A stretch of 64,000 bases of DNA, taken from Lama guanicoe (lineage: Eukaryota). The position numbers and the translations under genes were made by a program. Positions 23,161 to 35,544 of this stretch are shown one piece after another (position 1 is the stretch's first letter; each line of letters starts with the position of its first letter). The notes beneath the pieces are model-generated. The model was not told where the DNA came from, made no database searches, and worked only from the letters and a program-made list of their open reading frames with translations. Location: NCBI GenBank assembly GCA_013239625.1, contig MU054323.1:17798029-17862028 (forward strand), written 5' to 3'.

Positions 23161-24604
23161 CTGTAGACTTCAAAATAGTTCATAGTTCATATAGCATTCT
23201 CCTAATGGTTAGACTAATAAAGGAATAAGGAAACCAACAGGCTAATAGCAGTAAGACATAACAAAAAAACAGGTGAATCAGGCAAATTGTGTTTATTTCC
23301 TATAAACTGTTCCATGATATTTATGGTTGTATTTCCCTTCTTGAAATGAGAGTAGAATGCAATCTGTATCCTCCTTGAGGTAAAATAGTGCCTGGATTAG
23401 CATCTCTGTATTATTGGTCTTCCGTAAATAGACAAAAGGCGAATAGTGGGGAGAGGAGCTAAGTCATCCCTCTGAGCTCCAAACTGTCATTACACAGCTT
23501 TATCTTCCAACTTAGTTGAAATATATACCCAGGCTGGGAAATTAGCTTCATTTTTTCACATAACCTAAAACACCTGTAGAAAAACAGCTCTTGAATAAGG
23601 AAGAATGTACACAGCACCTGGATGGTAACAGAATATCTGATCCAGGGTCATGGAGACCTCTCACCATCAGGATAGACATGGAAAAAGGTCTTTATTTCAT
23701 TGCATAACCAGCCTGTGAGTATATGTTTGGACACATTCACACGGTGCTCCAGATAACTCTCCATCTGCCCGCACTGGACCTCCACCACCTTCCCCCAGAG
23801 GCTCCTCTAGTCATTTCAAGGGGGTCCCCAAGGTGTTGGTATATCACATGGCTCAGAAACGAGTTTGCTCTTGTGCTCTGGCTCCTTTGTCAGGGGCTCT
23901 TAGCCTGGGTGGGATGACTGAGCCCGTACAGAAAATGGGAGCCAGCTAACCACATCCTTAGTCTTCCCTTCTTACGATCCCCAAGCTGCCTTGTATGCGT
24001 GGCAGAGTTGGGGCAGGTGTGGAAAGGAAGAGAACCCGTGTGGGCTCTAAGGCAGCGTGTATGCCTAGATTTTCCGAAGGTCTTCCTTCAACTTCTGGCA
24101 GAATTCCTCTTTTCTTAGAGATTCAAAATGAGTCCTGGGCAATTAACTTGAAGTCAGGGGGAGGGGGGGTACTAGTTCACCCTTGCGTTGTTATCCTGTT
24201 GTCCCTTCTCTCTTCCTGGGCCCTCCACATCAGCCCTCTCCCAAGTGGTTCAGTCTAAATCCCAGAGCCCCCAGGCATTGTGTTTCCCTGCAGGGGAACA
24301 ATGTGACCTAACTCTAGTCCCTTAGAACATACGTAATTCCTGCTGTGCTTCAAGCAAGACACCCTGTTACAATAGCATCGCTGAAGATGTGAAGAGGCCC
24401 TTTGGGGGCACTCATTGTTTTCCTCATGTGGCCGGTCAGTGCCAAGCACATGTGGGAACCAACCTTGCTGTGAAGAGAGAAGATTGCTGTAGGTAAAAGA
24501 AAAAGCTTGATTGGGACTTAGTCAACCCCCCCCCCAACATTTCTTAAAACCCAGAATCATGTTTGAAAAGTCTTTCGATGTTATCTAGTTCATCCTCCCA
24601 TCGA

Positions 24605-25096
24605 TTTCACTTATCAACTGTCGTATAACAAACCACCTCAAAACGTAGTGACTTAAAACAGCAGTGATTTATTATTTCTCACAGTTCTGTGGGCTGGTTG
24701 GCTGGTTCCTCTGCTGTTTTCACCTGGACTTCTTAAGCAGCTGTATTAAACTGGAGGTGGCGGGGTTGTCCAAGATGGCCTCATCCACTGGCCTCCCATT
24801 CAAATGGTGCTGGCTGTTGGCTGGGGTGCCTCGTTCTCTTCCATCAGCCTCTCATCCTGGGTGGCTACGCTGGGCTCTTTCTTTGGCAGTCTCAGGGCAG
24901 TGTTTCAGGTTGGGGGAAGCTGGCTGCAAGGGCTCTTGGGGGCTCTGAAACTCATATAGTGGCCCTTCTGCCGCATTTGATTGGTGAAAACGAGTTATAG
25001 GGCCAGCCCAGATTCAAGGCAGAGAAACTGACTCCACCTCTCGATGGAAGTTGTTGCAAAATATTGTGATCATATTTTTCGGCCTACTCCACCACA
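24605..25096 (-). mobile_element. MLT1G/H-like MaLR LTR
   Basis: ataacaaaccacctcaaaacgtagtgacttaaaaca...ccagcccagattcaagg...ctccacctctcgatgg. Confidence 0.85.
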
Positions 25097-25699
25097 TCAC
25101 TCAATCCCTGAATAGCTTCTGTGATGTTGTTCTAGCTGAGTAAGGCTAAGGAAGGGGTCCCGATTCTTTTCTGAGGCAACCCACTTCATGTCGACCACCC
25201 ACAGCCTTCTCCCGTTAGATGAACACCCCCTTGGTTCAAAAATCTCATCAGGGTCCCACGCTTCCTTATTCAGTACTGAGGAAGTGAAGTCTTCAGTGGG
25301 ATGAACAGAAGAAAATTTGCATTTATGACACACAGAAGTACTAACTTCTTTTGTCTAAGTTCTATCTGAGCTATGTGTGCCTTTTTCAGGAAGCAGCCTT
25401 ATTCTGAAGAGCCAAATTGGGCCTGTGTGGGGCTGAGGGGAAATAAAACTAATGAGCTGAGTGGGTCTGTACCTGGCTTAGACTTAAAGGGAGAAGGATA
25501 AAGGGGGCCCTTGAGGTTTCCAAGCTGTTCAGCTCAGTTCACTAGAGCAAGAGAGCAGAGAAGTTAGCTGGGGAGAAAGCCGTAGTCAGGAAGGAAGTGC
25601 ACCCAGGGCTATATATCCCAGGAAATGAAGTGTTGTCAAAAGCAGCTGGATGGCATGCAGATTCAGGGGAAGGGAGAGGATGCTAAGAGAGCTCTGGTC

Positions 25700-25838
25700 T
25701 AGTGCCTTGCTATTCCTAGTCTAGTCATTGGACCACTGGGAGCATCTTAGGCCCACCCCAGAACCACTGAATCAGAATCTGCATTTTAACGAAATTATCA
25801 AGTACCTCATATGCTTGCTAAAGTTTGAGAAGCACTGG
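25700..25838. mobile_element. MER5A-like MITE
   Basis: ccactgaatcagaatctgcattttaac...aaagtttgagaagcactg. Confidence 0.8.
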
Positions 25839-26011
25839 CCTAGAAAGCCTTCCCGTTACCATTAATTCAGACCCCACGAGAGGCCTCGCATAAAGCTAGC
25901 CTTACTTCCAGTAAAGAGCTACACTTGGTACCGCCCAAGGCTTTCTGGGAACAGAGAGGGCTCAGCCTCACTGTCTGTGGGGGCCCACAGTCTATAGCCC
26001 TTTTCTCTAAG

Positions 26012-26497
26012 CAGGGGTTCTTAGCCAGTTTTAAAAACGGTTTTTGCTTTTGCTTTTGTTTTTTGAGTTTCACCTACTATACAATTCATCCATTTAAAGT
26101 GTACAATTCAGTGGTTTCTAGAATATTTATAATATGTACAACCACCACAGTCGATTTAAGAACATTTTCATCATCTCAAGAAGAAATTTTGTATCCTTTA
26201 GCTATCACCCACCTCATCCTTCTATCCATACTCCCCCATTCCATCCCTGTTTTAAGGAAACACTAATCTACTTTCTGTCTCTATAGATTTACCCATTCTG
26301 GACTTTCAGATGAATGAAATCATGGAGCATGTGGTTCTTAACAAGTTTTTGGATCATGGAGACCCATTGAAACTCTAATGGAAGCTGTGACCCCTCTCCC
26401 CACAACATACATATACAAGTCTACTCACTCAGAACTTCAGAAAATTTCATGAATCTTTTGACGCCTCAGTTTAGGGAGCCAGGATTAAGAACTCCTG
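26012..26497 (+). mobile_element. MER103-like hAT-Charlie MITE interrupted by L1
   Basis: TIR-like caggggttctta.../...taagaactcctg; internal gaagctgtgacccctctcccc. Confidence 0.7.
26033..26332 (-). mobile_element. L1M(A/B) 3' end
   Basis: catccatttaaagtgtacaattcagtggtt...cactaatctactttctgtctctatagattt; 17-bp TSD ggttcttagccagtttt/ggttcttaacaagtttt. Confidence 0.9.
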
Positions 26498-27311
26498 CTC
26501 TGTGGCTAGTCACAGTGAGTCATTGTGGCAAGCAGGTCCTAATCTGGTTTGAGCACCACTGGCAGAAAGAACGGAACCACGCAGGGATAGGTCACACAGG
26601 GTTATTGCTGCCCCAAGGTAGAATGTGTCTAAAGCAAAAAGCACAGCCCAGACACCAAGTGTTTACAGAGCTGAAGAAGCTGTGTTTATAACACAGAGTT
26701 TGCCAAGGAGGGGGCGATGGAGGACAGATGTGTCATTTGCAATTATTCCTAAAGATGTTAATTATGCAAATGGGATCTCTGATAGGGTTCTAAAAAAAGA
26801 ACCCCATACATTACGGGGTGTTGGATGTGCACAATCAAGCATGCTTGCTGACTGCGCCTCCAGGTAATAATCACTGTTGGTGCCAGACTCCTCACCTGGG
26901 GTCCTTGTTTTCAACGTGCCACCTTGAGAGCCAGAGAGAGCTGCTGCGGGGCGCTTCCAACCACAGAACACTAAAGCGGGGAGCAACTTTGAGATCAGGG
27001 AGTACAGTCTGTCCTTGTACACAGGCAGAAACTGCGGCCCAGAGAACTGATGTGACTTATCACCAGCAGAGTGAGGATGAGAGCTCGTATCTTTCCTATC
27101 ACGGATTCACTTTTCCTTGCCTTATTCCATCAAAGGGGACATAAATCAACGATCAATTTTTGAGCTAGGGTCTACTTTAAATCTACCTGGAGTGAAGGCC
27201 AGGGGAATGATATAAACAAAGTAACTCCCTGACCCACTCAGGGTGTACGTGTGAGTCTGTGTCAGGGGAAGGGAAAGCAAATAACTGGAATAACAAACAC
27301 AAGGGTTATAT

Positions 27312-27502
27312 TCTGAGCTGTGCAAGCCAGTAGAGGAGCTACCAGTCATCTATGGCTGTTTAAATTAAAATGAAATGAAAGTAAAAATTTAGTTGCAGCA
27401 GTCTCATTTCAAAATCCCAACAGCTCCTTGTGGCTAGTGGCTACCATATTGGACAATGAAGAACATTTCTATTACTACAGAAAGTCCTATTGGACAGGGC
27501 TT
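27312..27502. mobile_element. MER3 (hAT-Charlie)
   Basis: gtggctagtggctaccatattggaca...acagaaagtcctattggacag. Confidence 0.85.
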
Positions 27503-27514
27503 TTTAAAGCGAGT

Positions 27515-27745
27515 CTTTCTGAGTCTGGATCCCAATTCTGCCACTTAGAGTAAAAGCTTGCATGTATTATTTAATATTTCCAAACCGCGGTTTCCTCATC
27601 TGTAAAACGGACATAAGCATGTATCCACCTCATCGGTTTGCTGTGAAGATTATGAATGTAAATGAGATAATGTGTGTCAAGGGCGTCTGTCCAAAAGGAT
27701 CTTACACTTAATAAGCATTAAATAAATGTTATGATCATCATCATT
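27515..27745 (+). mobile_element. MIR
   Basis: ctgccactt...gtttcctcatctgtaaaacgg...tgtgaagatta...aataaatgtta. Confidence 0.85.
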
Positions 27746-28867
27746 AAGTATCTCAGCATCCTGCTTCAGACCATGAGGCTTCTTCTAATTGAAACGATTC
27801 AGTTTTTCCCTGGAGGAGGAAAGAATTGCTTGCTCAAGAAGCCTAAGCCTTGGTTGGGTGATAGTGGAAGGAGGTCAGGAACAGGGGGAGGGAGATTAGG
27901 AGAGGCTGGGGCAGAGGGAAGATGCTCGGGGTCCTGGGAACAAGAAGAGGACGCAGTGATGTGAGGAGTGACAGGGGCACATCACAAATTTGTCATGGGC
28001 TGGCGGACAAGCGCCGTAGCCGGTGTAGATGTGGCTCTGTCAGGCTGTGCATCTGTTTAGAGAATCCCCACCTCCTCACATCCATTGTGCTAACTGCTCG
28101 CCTGCTTGTCCACAAGAGGGAGGCAAGGGAAAGGAGACAAAGAAATCCGACAAGTCCAGCTGGCTCTTTGCTGGCAGCTCTGCTCAAAGGTTTGCTGTGG
28201 AGGAAGCTGCAATTTCTGATTACGGTAAGACCGCCTTTCACAGAAGCGCAGGCCGCAGCTGTGTTTCCCTTGAACCCATTACCTCAGTAGAGAGGATCCT
28301 TCCCAAAGGCTGTATGTTATTCAGCAAGTCCTACTTCGCGGCCTCTCAGGAGGGCTGGGACAGTGTTCATACCTGGCTGTGCCAACCTCCCACACGCCCG
28401 GGACACAGAAGGGGTGAGTGAAGTGGAGAGAGGTGGCAGGCATCCAGGTAATCTAGCCGCATGGGCTGTCACTCCGCAATATCGATTGCGCTGCCAGGGC
28501 TCATAAAGCATTGTGTTAGACACTGGGAGAGGGTATTAAAAAACAATTCTCTTTGCCCTTAGGGAATTTTCATGTAATTCAGAAACTAGTGAGCCAAGGG
28601 ACAAAGGGGCGTAGGGTGGCAGAGGGGAAGGAACACTGCAATAGGGTCTGCAGATGGATTTGATGCCCTGGTCTGCCGTTAATTAGCAGCGTGACTTTGG
28701 GCCAAGCTATCCTCTCACCCTCATTGTGAATACATTTAAGCTGATGGCCTGGGTGATTTTAAAGTTCTCCATTTCCAGACATTTCCAGAACCCTGAGATT
28801 CTAATTCAGTTGGGGGGATGTGAAGGAAGGAAGGAGGAAGGAGGAGGAAGGAGGAAGATTCTTTCGC

Positions 28868-29061
28868 TAGGGCGGTCAGATTTATCAAATAAAAGGATGG
28901 GCTACCCAGTTTCACTTGGGTTTCAGATAAACAATGAATACATTTTTTTTTTAGTGCATGTCCCATGCAATATTTGGGACATACTTATGCTATGAGATTA
29001 TTTGTTATTTATCTGAAATCCAAATTTAACTGGGCATTCTGGCTTCTATTTGGTGACTTCT
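28868..29061. mobile_element. MER53 palindromic MITE
   Basis: cagatttatcaaataaaa...cccagtt...tttcagataaacaa / ttatttatctgaaatccaaatttaactggg, with central atgtcccatgcaatatttgggacat. Confidence 0.85.
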
Positions 29062-29284
29062 GCCTTCCAACAAACATGTCTGCCCCCTCACCATGTGGAG
29101 AGGGTGTTTCTGCCTCTCTCCATCCTCTTATCGGGACCTCCTAATTAATCTGGTCAGAATCTGCAAATTTTCTTGGCTACGTTTGGCTGACAAGGATGAC
29201 TGTCTAAAGCAAGATCTTTGACTTCCTTTGGTTTCCACTGCCTGGACACAAGAGCTAAGGCGTCTCTTCCTCTCCCTCTCTCTG

Positions 29285-29985
29285 TTTTTAAATTTTATTT
29301 ATTTATTTATTGAAGTGTAGTCAGTTTACAATGTTGTATTAATTTCTTGTGTACAGCATAATGATTAAGTTATAATATGTATATTCCTTCTCATATTTTT
29401 ATTATAGATTATTAGAAGATATTGAATATAGTTCCTTGTGCTATAGAGTAGGACCTTGTTATCTGTTTTATATGTAGTAGTTAGTATCTACAAATCCCAA
29501 ACCCCCAATTTATCCCTCCATCTCTCCTTCCCCCTGGCAACCATAAGTTTGTTTTCTATGTCTGTGAGTCTGTTTCTGTTTTGTAAATAAGTTCATTTGT
29601 GTCATTTTTTAAGATTCCACATATAAGTGATATCATATGGTATTTTTCTTTCTCTTTCTGGCTTACTTCACTTAGTATGATGATCTCCAGTTTCATCCAT
29701 GTTGCTGCAGATGGCATGATTTCATTCTTTTTTATAGCTGAGTAGTATTCCATCATATAAATATACCACAGCTTCTTTATTCATTCATCTGTCAGTGGAC
29801 ATTTAGGTTGTTTCCGTGTCTTGGTTATTGTAAATAGTGCTGCTATGAACATTGGGGTGCATGTATCTTTTTGAATAAAGAGTTTCCTCTGGATATATGC
29901 CCAGGAGTGGGATTGCTGGATCATATGGTAACTCTACTTTTAGTTTTTTAAGGAATCTCCATACTGTTTTCCATAATGACTGCAC
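29285..29985 (-). mobile_element. Young 5'-truncated L1 (ORF2 C-terminus plus 3'UTR)
   Basis: Translates to [31 protein letters not shown] (L1 ORF2 end); T-rich tail; imperfect TSD cgtctctt(cc/tt)tctc. Confidence 0.95.
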
Positions 29986-30789
29986 GTCTCTTTTTCTCTT
30001 GAAAGAGTCCCCTGAGCAGAGCTGCTCGTGGGGAAGAGGCAGGTAACTCTCCCTTTGCCCTGCTGCTCACTGCAGACCTCATCCATCCCAATAACTGAGT
30101 GACTTGCAGTCAGTTCTGAGGGCCCATTTATCATAGACATGCCCAAGTGTTCTGGCTCCAAGGTACAGAGTTGGGATGGGATTTGTCTTAAAGTTTAATC
30201 TTTTTTTTTTTTTCCCAATTTAGCTTTTACCAGTGAATTCTGCCTTTTGGGGACCATTGTGTGCTTGCTGGCCTAGTCATACATCGCTGCTTTCATTCCC
30301 ACAGCTAGGACATGTCTGTGCTTTCCTGTGTGACCTAGAAGGGAGGAGCTTTGAGACTCAGGTCCCAAACCTCTTACATGATTGTTGTCTCTACGAATCA
30401 GTCTTATTGGACCATCTGGATCCAGTCTCAATGACTGTAAAAAAAGGAAAAACTTGAACAGCATGTGACATCATCAGGCTAGAGCAGGGGAGAATGGTCA
30501 GATACAGGTCATCCTGGGACACTTCTTACTTACGTATAGAAATGATTTGGGAACTTTATGTTGTAAGCAACTATTTGTTGTATGAAAGAAGATGGGGAGG
30601 GCTCTAGTCCAGTTATCCAGCCCTGACATTGCTAGTTACAGGTGTTTACTATGAGATGGTTATAAGATGATCCCTCCTGAGATCCTTTGCCAAAGGATGC
30701 TGTGGTCCTAGTCTTTGGGATTTTCCTTGCTCAGGCTCTTAGTTCTTGCCTGGATCTTTGCACAGCATTGTAACTCCATGCCTCCTGTA

Positions 30790-31360
30790 CTTGGCTTTCC
30801 TAAACACAGATCTGATTATGTCACCACAGTGCCTAAAAGCTTACCCTTTCCTGCAGCACCAAGCCCAAACTCCTTAGCAAAGACTTACCAAGTGGATATG
30901 ATACTCTTTGCATTTCAGCTTTTCTCTTGCTCCCACCCTCCCTACCCCCAGGCTTCTAGGTTGTAGCCCAAATAAACTTATAGTTGTCTCCTAAACATTC
31001 ACCTTCACATCTCCAAACTTTTGCACAGGCTAGTCCTTCTGCTTCTAATGCCCTTCCTCTTCTCTCTCTGGCGAACACTTTCTTTTGAGAATTAACTCAA
31101 GGGTCATCTCTCCAAAGCCTTCCTGAACTCCTATCTTTCTGGCTAAATGACTGGTCCCTTCCTCTGTGCTCTCAGATTCCACCATATTGCATTGCAACAT
31201 TTGGGCGGGGTATCTGTTTCTCCCCCTTGTCTAGGAGCTCCACCAGGGCAAACATCTTGTGTCTTTCATCTTTGTAGTCCCTCATCGATGTCACATGCCT
31301 CTCCTATTGCCCCTCTCACAGTGCCAGGCACAGCAGTGGCATTCAATAAATGACTTTTGC
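30790..31360 (+). mobile_element. L2 3' region
   Basis: aacacagatctgattatgtcac...acagtgccaggcacagcagtggcattcaataaatg. Confidence 0.8.
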
Positions 31361-31949
31361 ATGCATCAGGACAAGAGAATATGGCCCAGATAGCTGATAT
31401 GTAAGTTAATTGTGTGGTGTGTTTAAATTGTCAGGCCAAATAAATCTTCAGGGTGGAAATGATTGTATTGAAATGTTAGTGTAGGAACATGCTGCAGCCC
31501 ATAAAAACCCAATAGATGCTGTAATTTAAATGAGGGATATTAAATCTTTATCTCAAGGCACAAATCAGAACAGAGCCACAGCATGAGACCATTGTAATAG
31601 GCTAACATCAACATTAGTATCAGTATTACGTAGTTCTCCCTTCTTTGGTGTAGAGAATGCCTATTTTGGTGTCAAACCACCTCTGATCAACATATGCGTT
31701 GTGACTTATGACTTTTGGAAGGAATTTTTTTTCCTTTGCCATGTAAGAGTCAGTGGTTCAGCAAGATACTTCTGTTGGCAAGTACTTTGTGAGAGGCTCT
31801 GAGACTAATCACAGGGAGAAAGAGTAGTTTTTGGTGCTTTTCCTAAATGAAATCTGGAGTGGCACCTCTTCTAATACTTTCTTTCCTTCAATACAAATTG
31901 GGCATAAATTTACCCTCAACGTCTAAAGGTCTTAAGGGGAAAAATCACC

Positions 31950-32090
31950 AAGCTAGAAGCACTCTAAAGAAAGGGCACTGGACTTGGAGTCAAGACTCTA
32001 GTCCCAGCTCTGTTACTAACCAAATGGGTGATGTCACACAACCCCCGAGGTCCTCAGTTTCCCTATCTTGATGTCAAGGGGGTTCTACTG
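31950..32090 (+). mobile_element. MIR3/MIR fragment
   Basis: gaaagggcactggacttggagtcaagac...cctcagtttccctatc. Confidence 0.7.
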
Positions 32091-32135
32091 AAGATATTTC
32101 TCTGCTTTATCATTCGGATCCTGCATGCTCCTCCT

Positions 32136-34107
32136 CAGGGACAGATTGTGAACTTCATGAAATTCAAGCTTCAGGGATCTTTGCTGACACAGCTCTTTTC
32201 AGAAGCCCCAGGAGAGGCCCCATGGATATCTTCTTCAAGATTGAACCGTTTTGTAAAGTTTCAAAAGTAAGATATTTGAACTGAAATTAGTGAAGACGGT
32301 TGTCTCTTTTTCAGTCCCCCTCTCCCTTCATTACAATCCCCCCAGCTGTGGGGTAGCCTCGAAGTGGCTGGCATTTTGCGGATGGGGATAAAGGGAAATT
32401 GAATTGAGGATATGTTGATGGAGTTTAATGATGTATTTCTATGTAGTTTATAGTTACTTCTGTGTCTCGTTACACTGTTGCTAGACATTCTAATATATGT
32501 ATGGCTTCTGTTTCTATCTTCTGCTGTACTGGCTTACTCACCACCGTGGCATGAAGGTGCAAGGCCACATATGGTGCCATGGAATGAACCTATCCTACCA
32601 GACTTGGCACTGGAAGCCTGTGGGGTTCGGGAGCGAGACCGGATTGGAAACGTACAGAGCCAGAAGCTAGTCTGTGGGAAATTCTTCCAAGTCATCAGAC
32701 ATGTAAAGCTATAAATGGAGAATTCAGTTCTCAATGATGCCTAAACAAAATGGAAACCTTCTTCCATCAGGAAGACGCTCAGTAATGAAGCATATACAAT
32801 TATAAACACACCATTTTCTCTCTCTTTTTTTAAGTGTTATGTGCTCAGCATAGAATTTTCCAGAATACCTTTGTTTGTAGGGCAAAAACCTTTAAGAAGT
32901 ACTCTAAGCAGTAAGTCTGTGATCTTGCAGGTTTTATGCATCTCAAAATAAGTCTTAGCATATCTGACACATCTTGTCTAGATGAATTCTGCTGGTTTCA
33001 GGTGAAACAACAAGCTATATTGCCACAGTGCATTAAGAAATCCTGAAGAAACAAGGGTTCTTGTGACAGAACTCCTATACTCATCAGTATGGCGATAGAT
33101 GTAGCAGAAGAGTAATTTGATTATACTCTTGTGTAGCTCAATATATTGTAGATACAATTTAGAAGCATATTTGACTTGTTCTTATGCATGCCTTCATTTC
33201 AAGATTAATTCTGTATCTATTTTCGGAATGGTTGATACACTGAAACTCAAAGAGGAAGGGAAGGATGTATCTTACTAGAAACTGATGATCTAAACTAAAA
33301 GGAAAAGGCTAGCAGCAACTTCAAAATGTTGAGCACTCTTTCATTACAGCAGAAGCTAAAAATTCTGATAATCAAAGTCATAAAGATAAAGAAACAGGAT
33401 CTGGACAAGCAAAGAAAATATAGATAAGACAATAACAGAAGAGAAAGGAAATTTATCTGACTTGGGACATCCCAGGACAAGGAACTTTTTAAAAGAGCAG
33501 AAGGAGGATGAATACAATGGTCCGCACAAGGACATGGACCAAAGAAAAGTGAACGAGTGTCAGTGGGTCAAAGGCTATTTGAAACTAGCCACTGCATAAG
33601 AAGCCTGAAATGCCATGACTCTTCCAGTTCATGGGTGAGGGAAGCTGCATAGCTCTTAGCCCAAATTTGACAAAACTCTAAAAATATTACATGACATTGT
33701 AATGAGTTGGAAGTTGGGGAAAAAAACTTTTCTAAATTATCAGTGGTGAAAAAACAAATTTATAGTAGACTGAATTATCTTTCTCATCTCCTTATAGAAA
33801 GATTATAGAACATTATCTATCATAGAAAGAGATGACTAAAAATGTAGAAAAATTTTATGCATGTATTTTAGGCAGCTCACTAGGAACCATGTTTTGCCTT
33901 TTTTCCCTCCCTGAGTTTTGTGATGTTCGTGGAATTTTCCCACTTTTAGGAATTAGTATTTTATTATGATTTCTTGCTTCACTGTAAATAAATATTCAAT
34001 TAATACTCGGTTTTTGTTTGTGATTTCATATTCTCTTTCAGTAAAAAGGGCCTCCACTCCCCAAATTATATAGGCTTTAGGTCCCACAAAACCTGGGTCT
34101 GTTGCTG
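32136..34107 (+). mobile_element. Zaphod-like hAT-Tip100 DNA transposon, internally deleted
   Basis: 5' end cagggacagatt...aagcttcaggg; 3' end ggtcccacaaaacctgggtctgttgctg; remnant PNLT..KI.MTL..NFSKLSV.K..RLNYLS.L.IE of the hAT dimerisation domain at about 33660-33800. Confidence 0.8.
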
Positions 34108-34131
34108 CTCGTCTGATGGCATCATTTATAG

Positions 34132-34430
34132 AGCAGTGTTTCTTCAGCCTTAATGTGCACTTGAATCCCCTGGGGATCTTGTTAAGCTGCAGTTTCTGAG
34201 CTTCTGTATTTCTAACAAACTCCCAGGTAGTGCCCACGCTGCTGATCTAGGGACACACTTTGTGAATGAAGATCTAGAACAATGGTTCTCATCGGCCATG
34301 CATTGGAATCACTTGTGATGCTCTTAGAAAACACAGATGCCTGGGCCCCATCCCTGTAGGTTCCTGCTTCGAAGGTCTAGATTGGGGCACTATAGCTGTA
34401 TTTTTTTACGTTTTTTTTTAAAACTCCGTA
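34132..34430. mobile_element. Two adjacent MER5A/B-like MITEs
   Basis: cagtgtttcttcagcct...tatttctaacaaactcccaggt and caatggttctca...cagatgcctgggcccca. Confidence 0.75.
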
Positions 34431-34911
34431 AGTAGGCAAAGAAAGTCTTTGATATACTGTTAGTGGGAATTCAAACAGATGCAACCATTTTGGTAGTTGG
34501 TTTGGCAATATCTTCCTGGAAATCAAAAAGAAGCCAGCTGGCAAGGCAGTCTGGGAAAGGGAGTTTATAGATTTCTACCCCAAAGTGGGGAAAAAAAAAC
34601 GTGTGGGAGGTTGGGGTTTGGCTGAGAAACAATAGATATATAAGCAGTACAGAGTACCTTCTCTGTGACCCAGAACTTCTACTTCTAGGAATTTATCCTA
34701 GTGGTATTTATAATATATCTAGATATATGTATAAGATTGTTCAATTTCATGTTGTTTGTAGTTGGGAAAAACTAACAGTAACCTATATGTGCACATCAAT
34801 AAATTATATAAATTATGAAACATCTTTGCAATGAAATAACAATAGCTAATCTTAAACAACTACTATGAGCCAGACATTGTTCTAAGTTATTTATAAATAT
34901 TAACTAAATTT

Positions 34912-34976
34912 TTAAAATTAATAGTCTTTATTTTTTTAGAGCAGTTTCAGGTTCACAGCAAAATTGAGCAGAAAAT
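34912..34976 (-). mobile_element. 65-bp L1MC-type tail inserted in a MIR
   Basis: ttagagcagtttcaggttcacagcaaaattgagcagaaa; perfect 15-bp TSD atattaactaaattt (34897-34911, 34977-34991). Confidence 0.85.
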
Positions 34977-35544
34977 ATATTAACTAAATTTATCTTCACA
35001 ATTATCATGTTTCTATTTTACAGATGATGTAATTTATATGTACTAACATGGAAAGCTGTCCAGGGGTATAGTAGGCAAAAAGCAATTAGTAGAAAATTAT
35101 GTTTCATATATTATGCATTACCATTATAATACACTAGCAAAAAATATATTCAAATGAGGCACATTCCCCAGTAGATAACTACTGATCTAAAATAGGAATG
35201 AAAGGACATTTGGTTATATCAAACAGGCTATTTTCAAGCAATGTGATTAACTAGTAACACTTTCAGAAGAAAAGAAACTAGAAGGAATTAGATTGATTTG
35301 ATGGTTTATAGCATTCTATCCATTGATGGTTAAATGGTTATCTATTCTGAGTGATCTGAGATGATGGGAAGAACTGACCCATAGATGTTCCCGTATCTCA
35401 TTTCTTTTAGGAATGAGACTAAGGAGAAAGACTCCAATGCAGCTTGTCTAGGCTTCTCAGCTGGTCCAACTCTTTGCATTATGCTGTTTCACCTTAGTAC
35501 CTGCATTCCCCTCTTACTTTAGTCCACAGCAGGATTTTAAAAAA

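Noticed and set aside
27980..28500. CpG island or coding exon (overlapping ORFs, donor-like acg|gtaaga)
   Set aside because: Only mild CpG enrichment, no matching acceptor and no recognisable protein; the same holds for 37050-37350.
29556..29985. ORFs with recognisable protein sequence ([23 protein letters not shown])
   Set aside because: C-terminal fragments of L1 ORF2 in a truncated element, not host genes.
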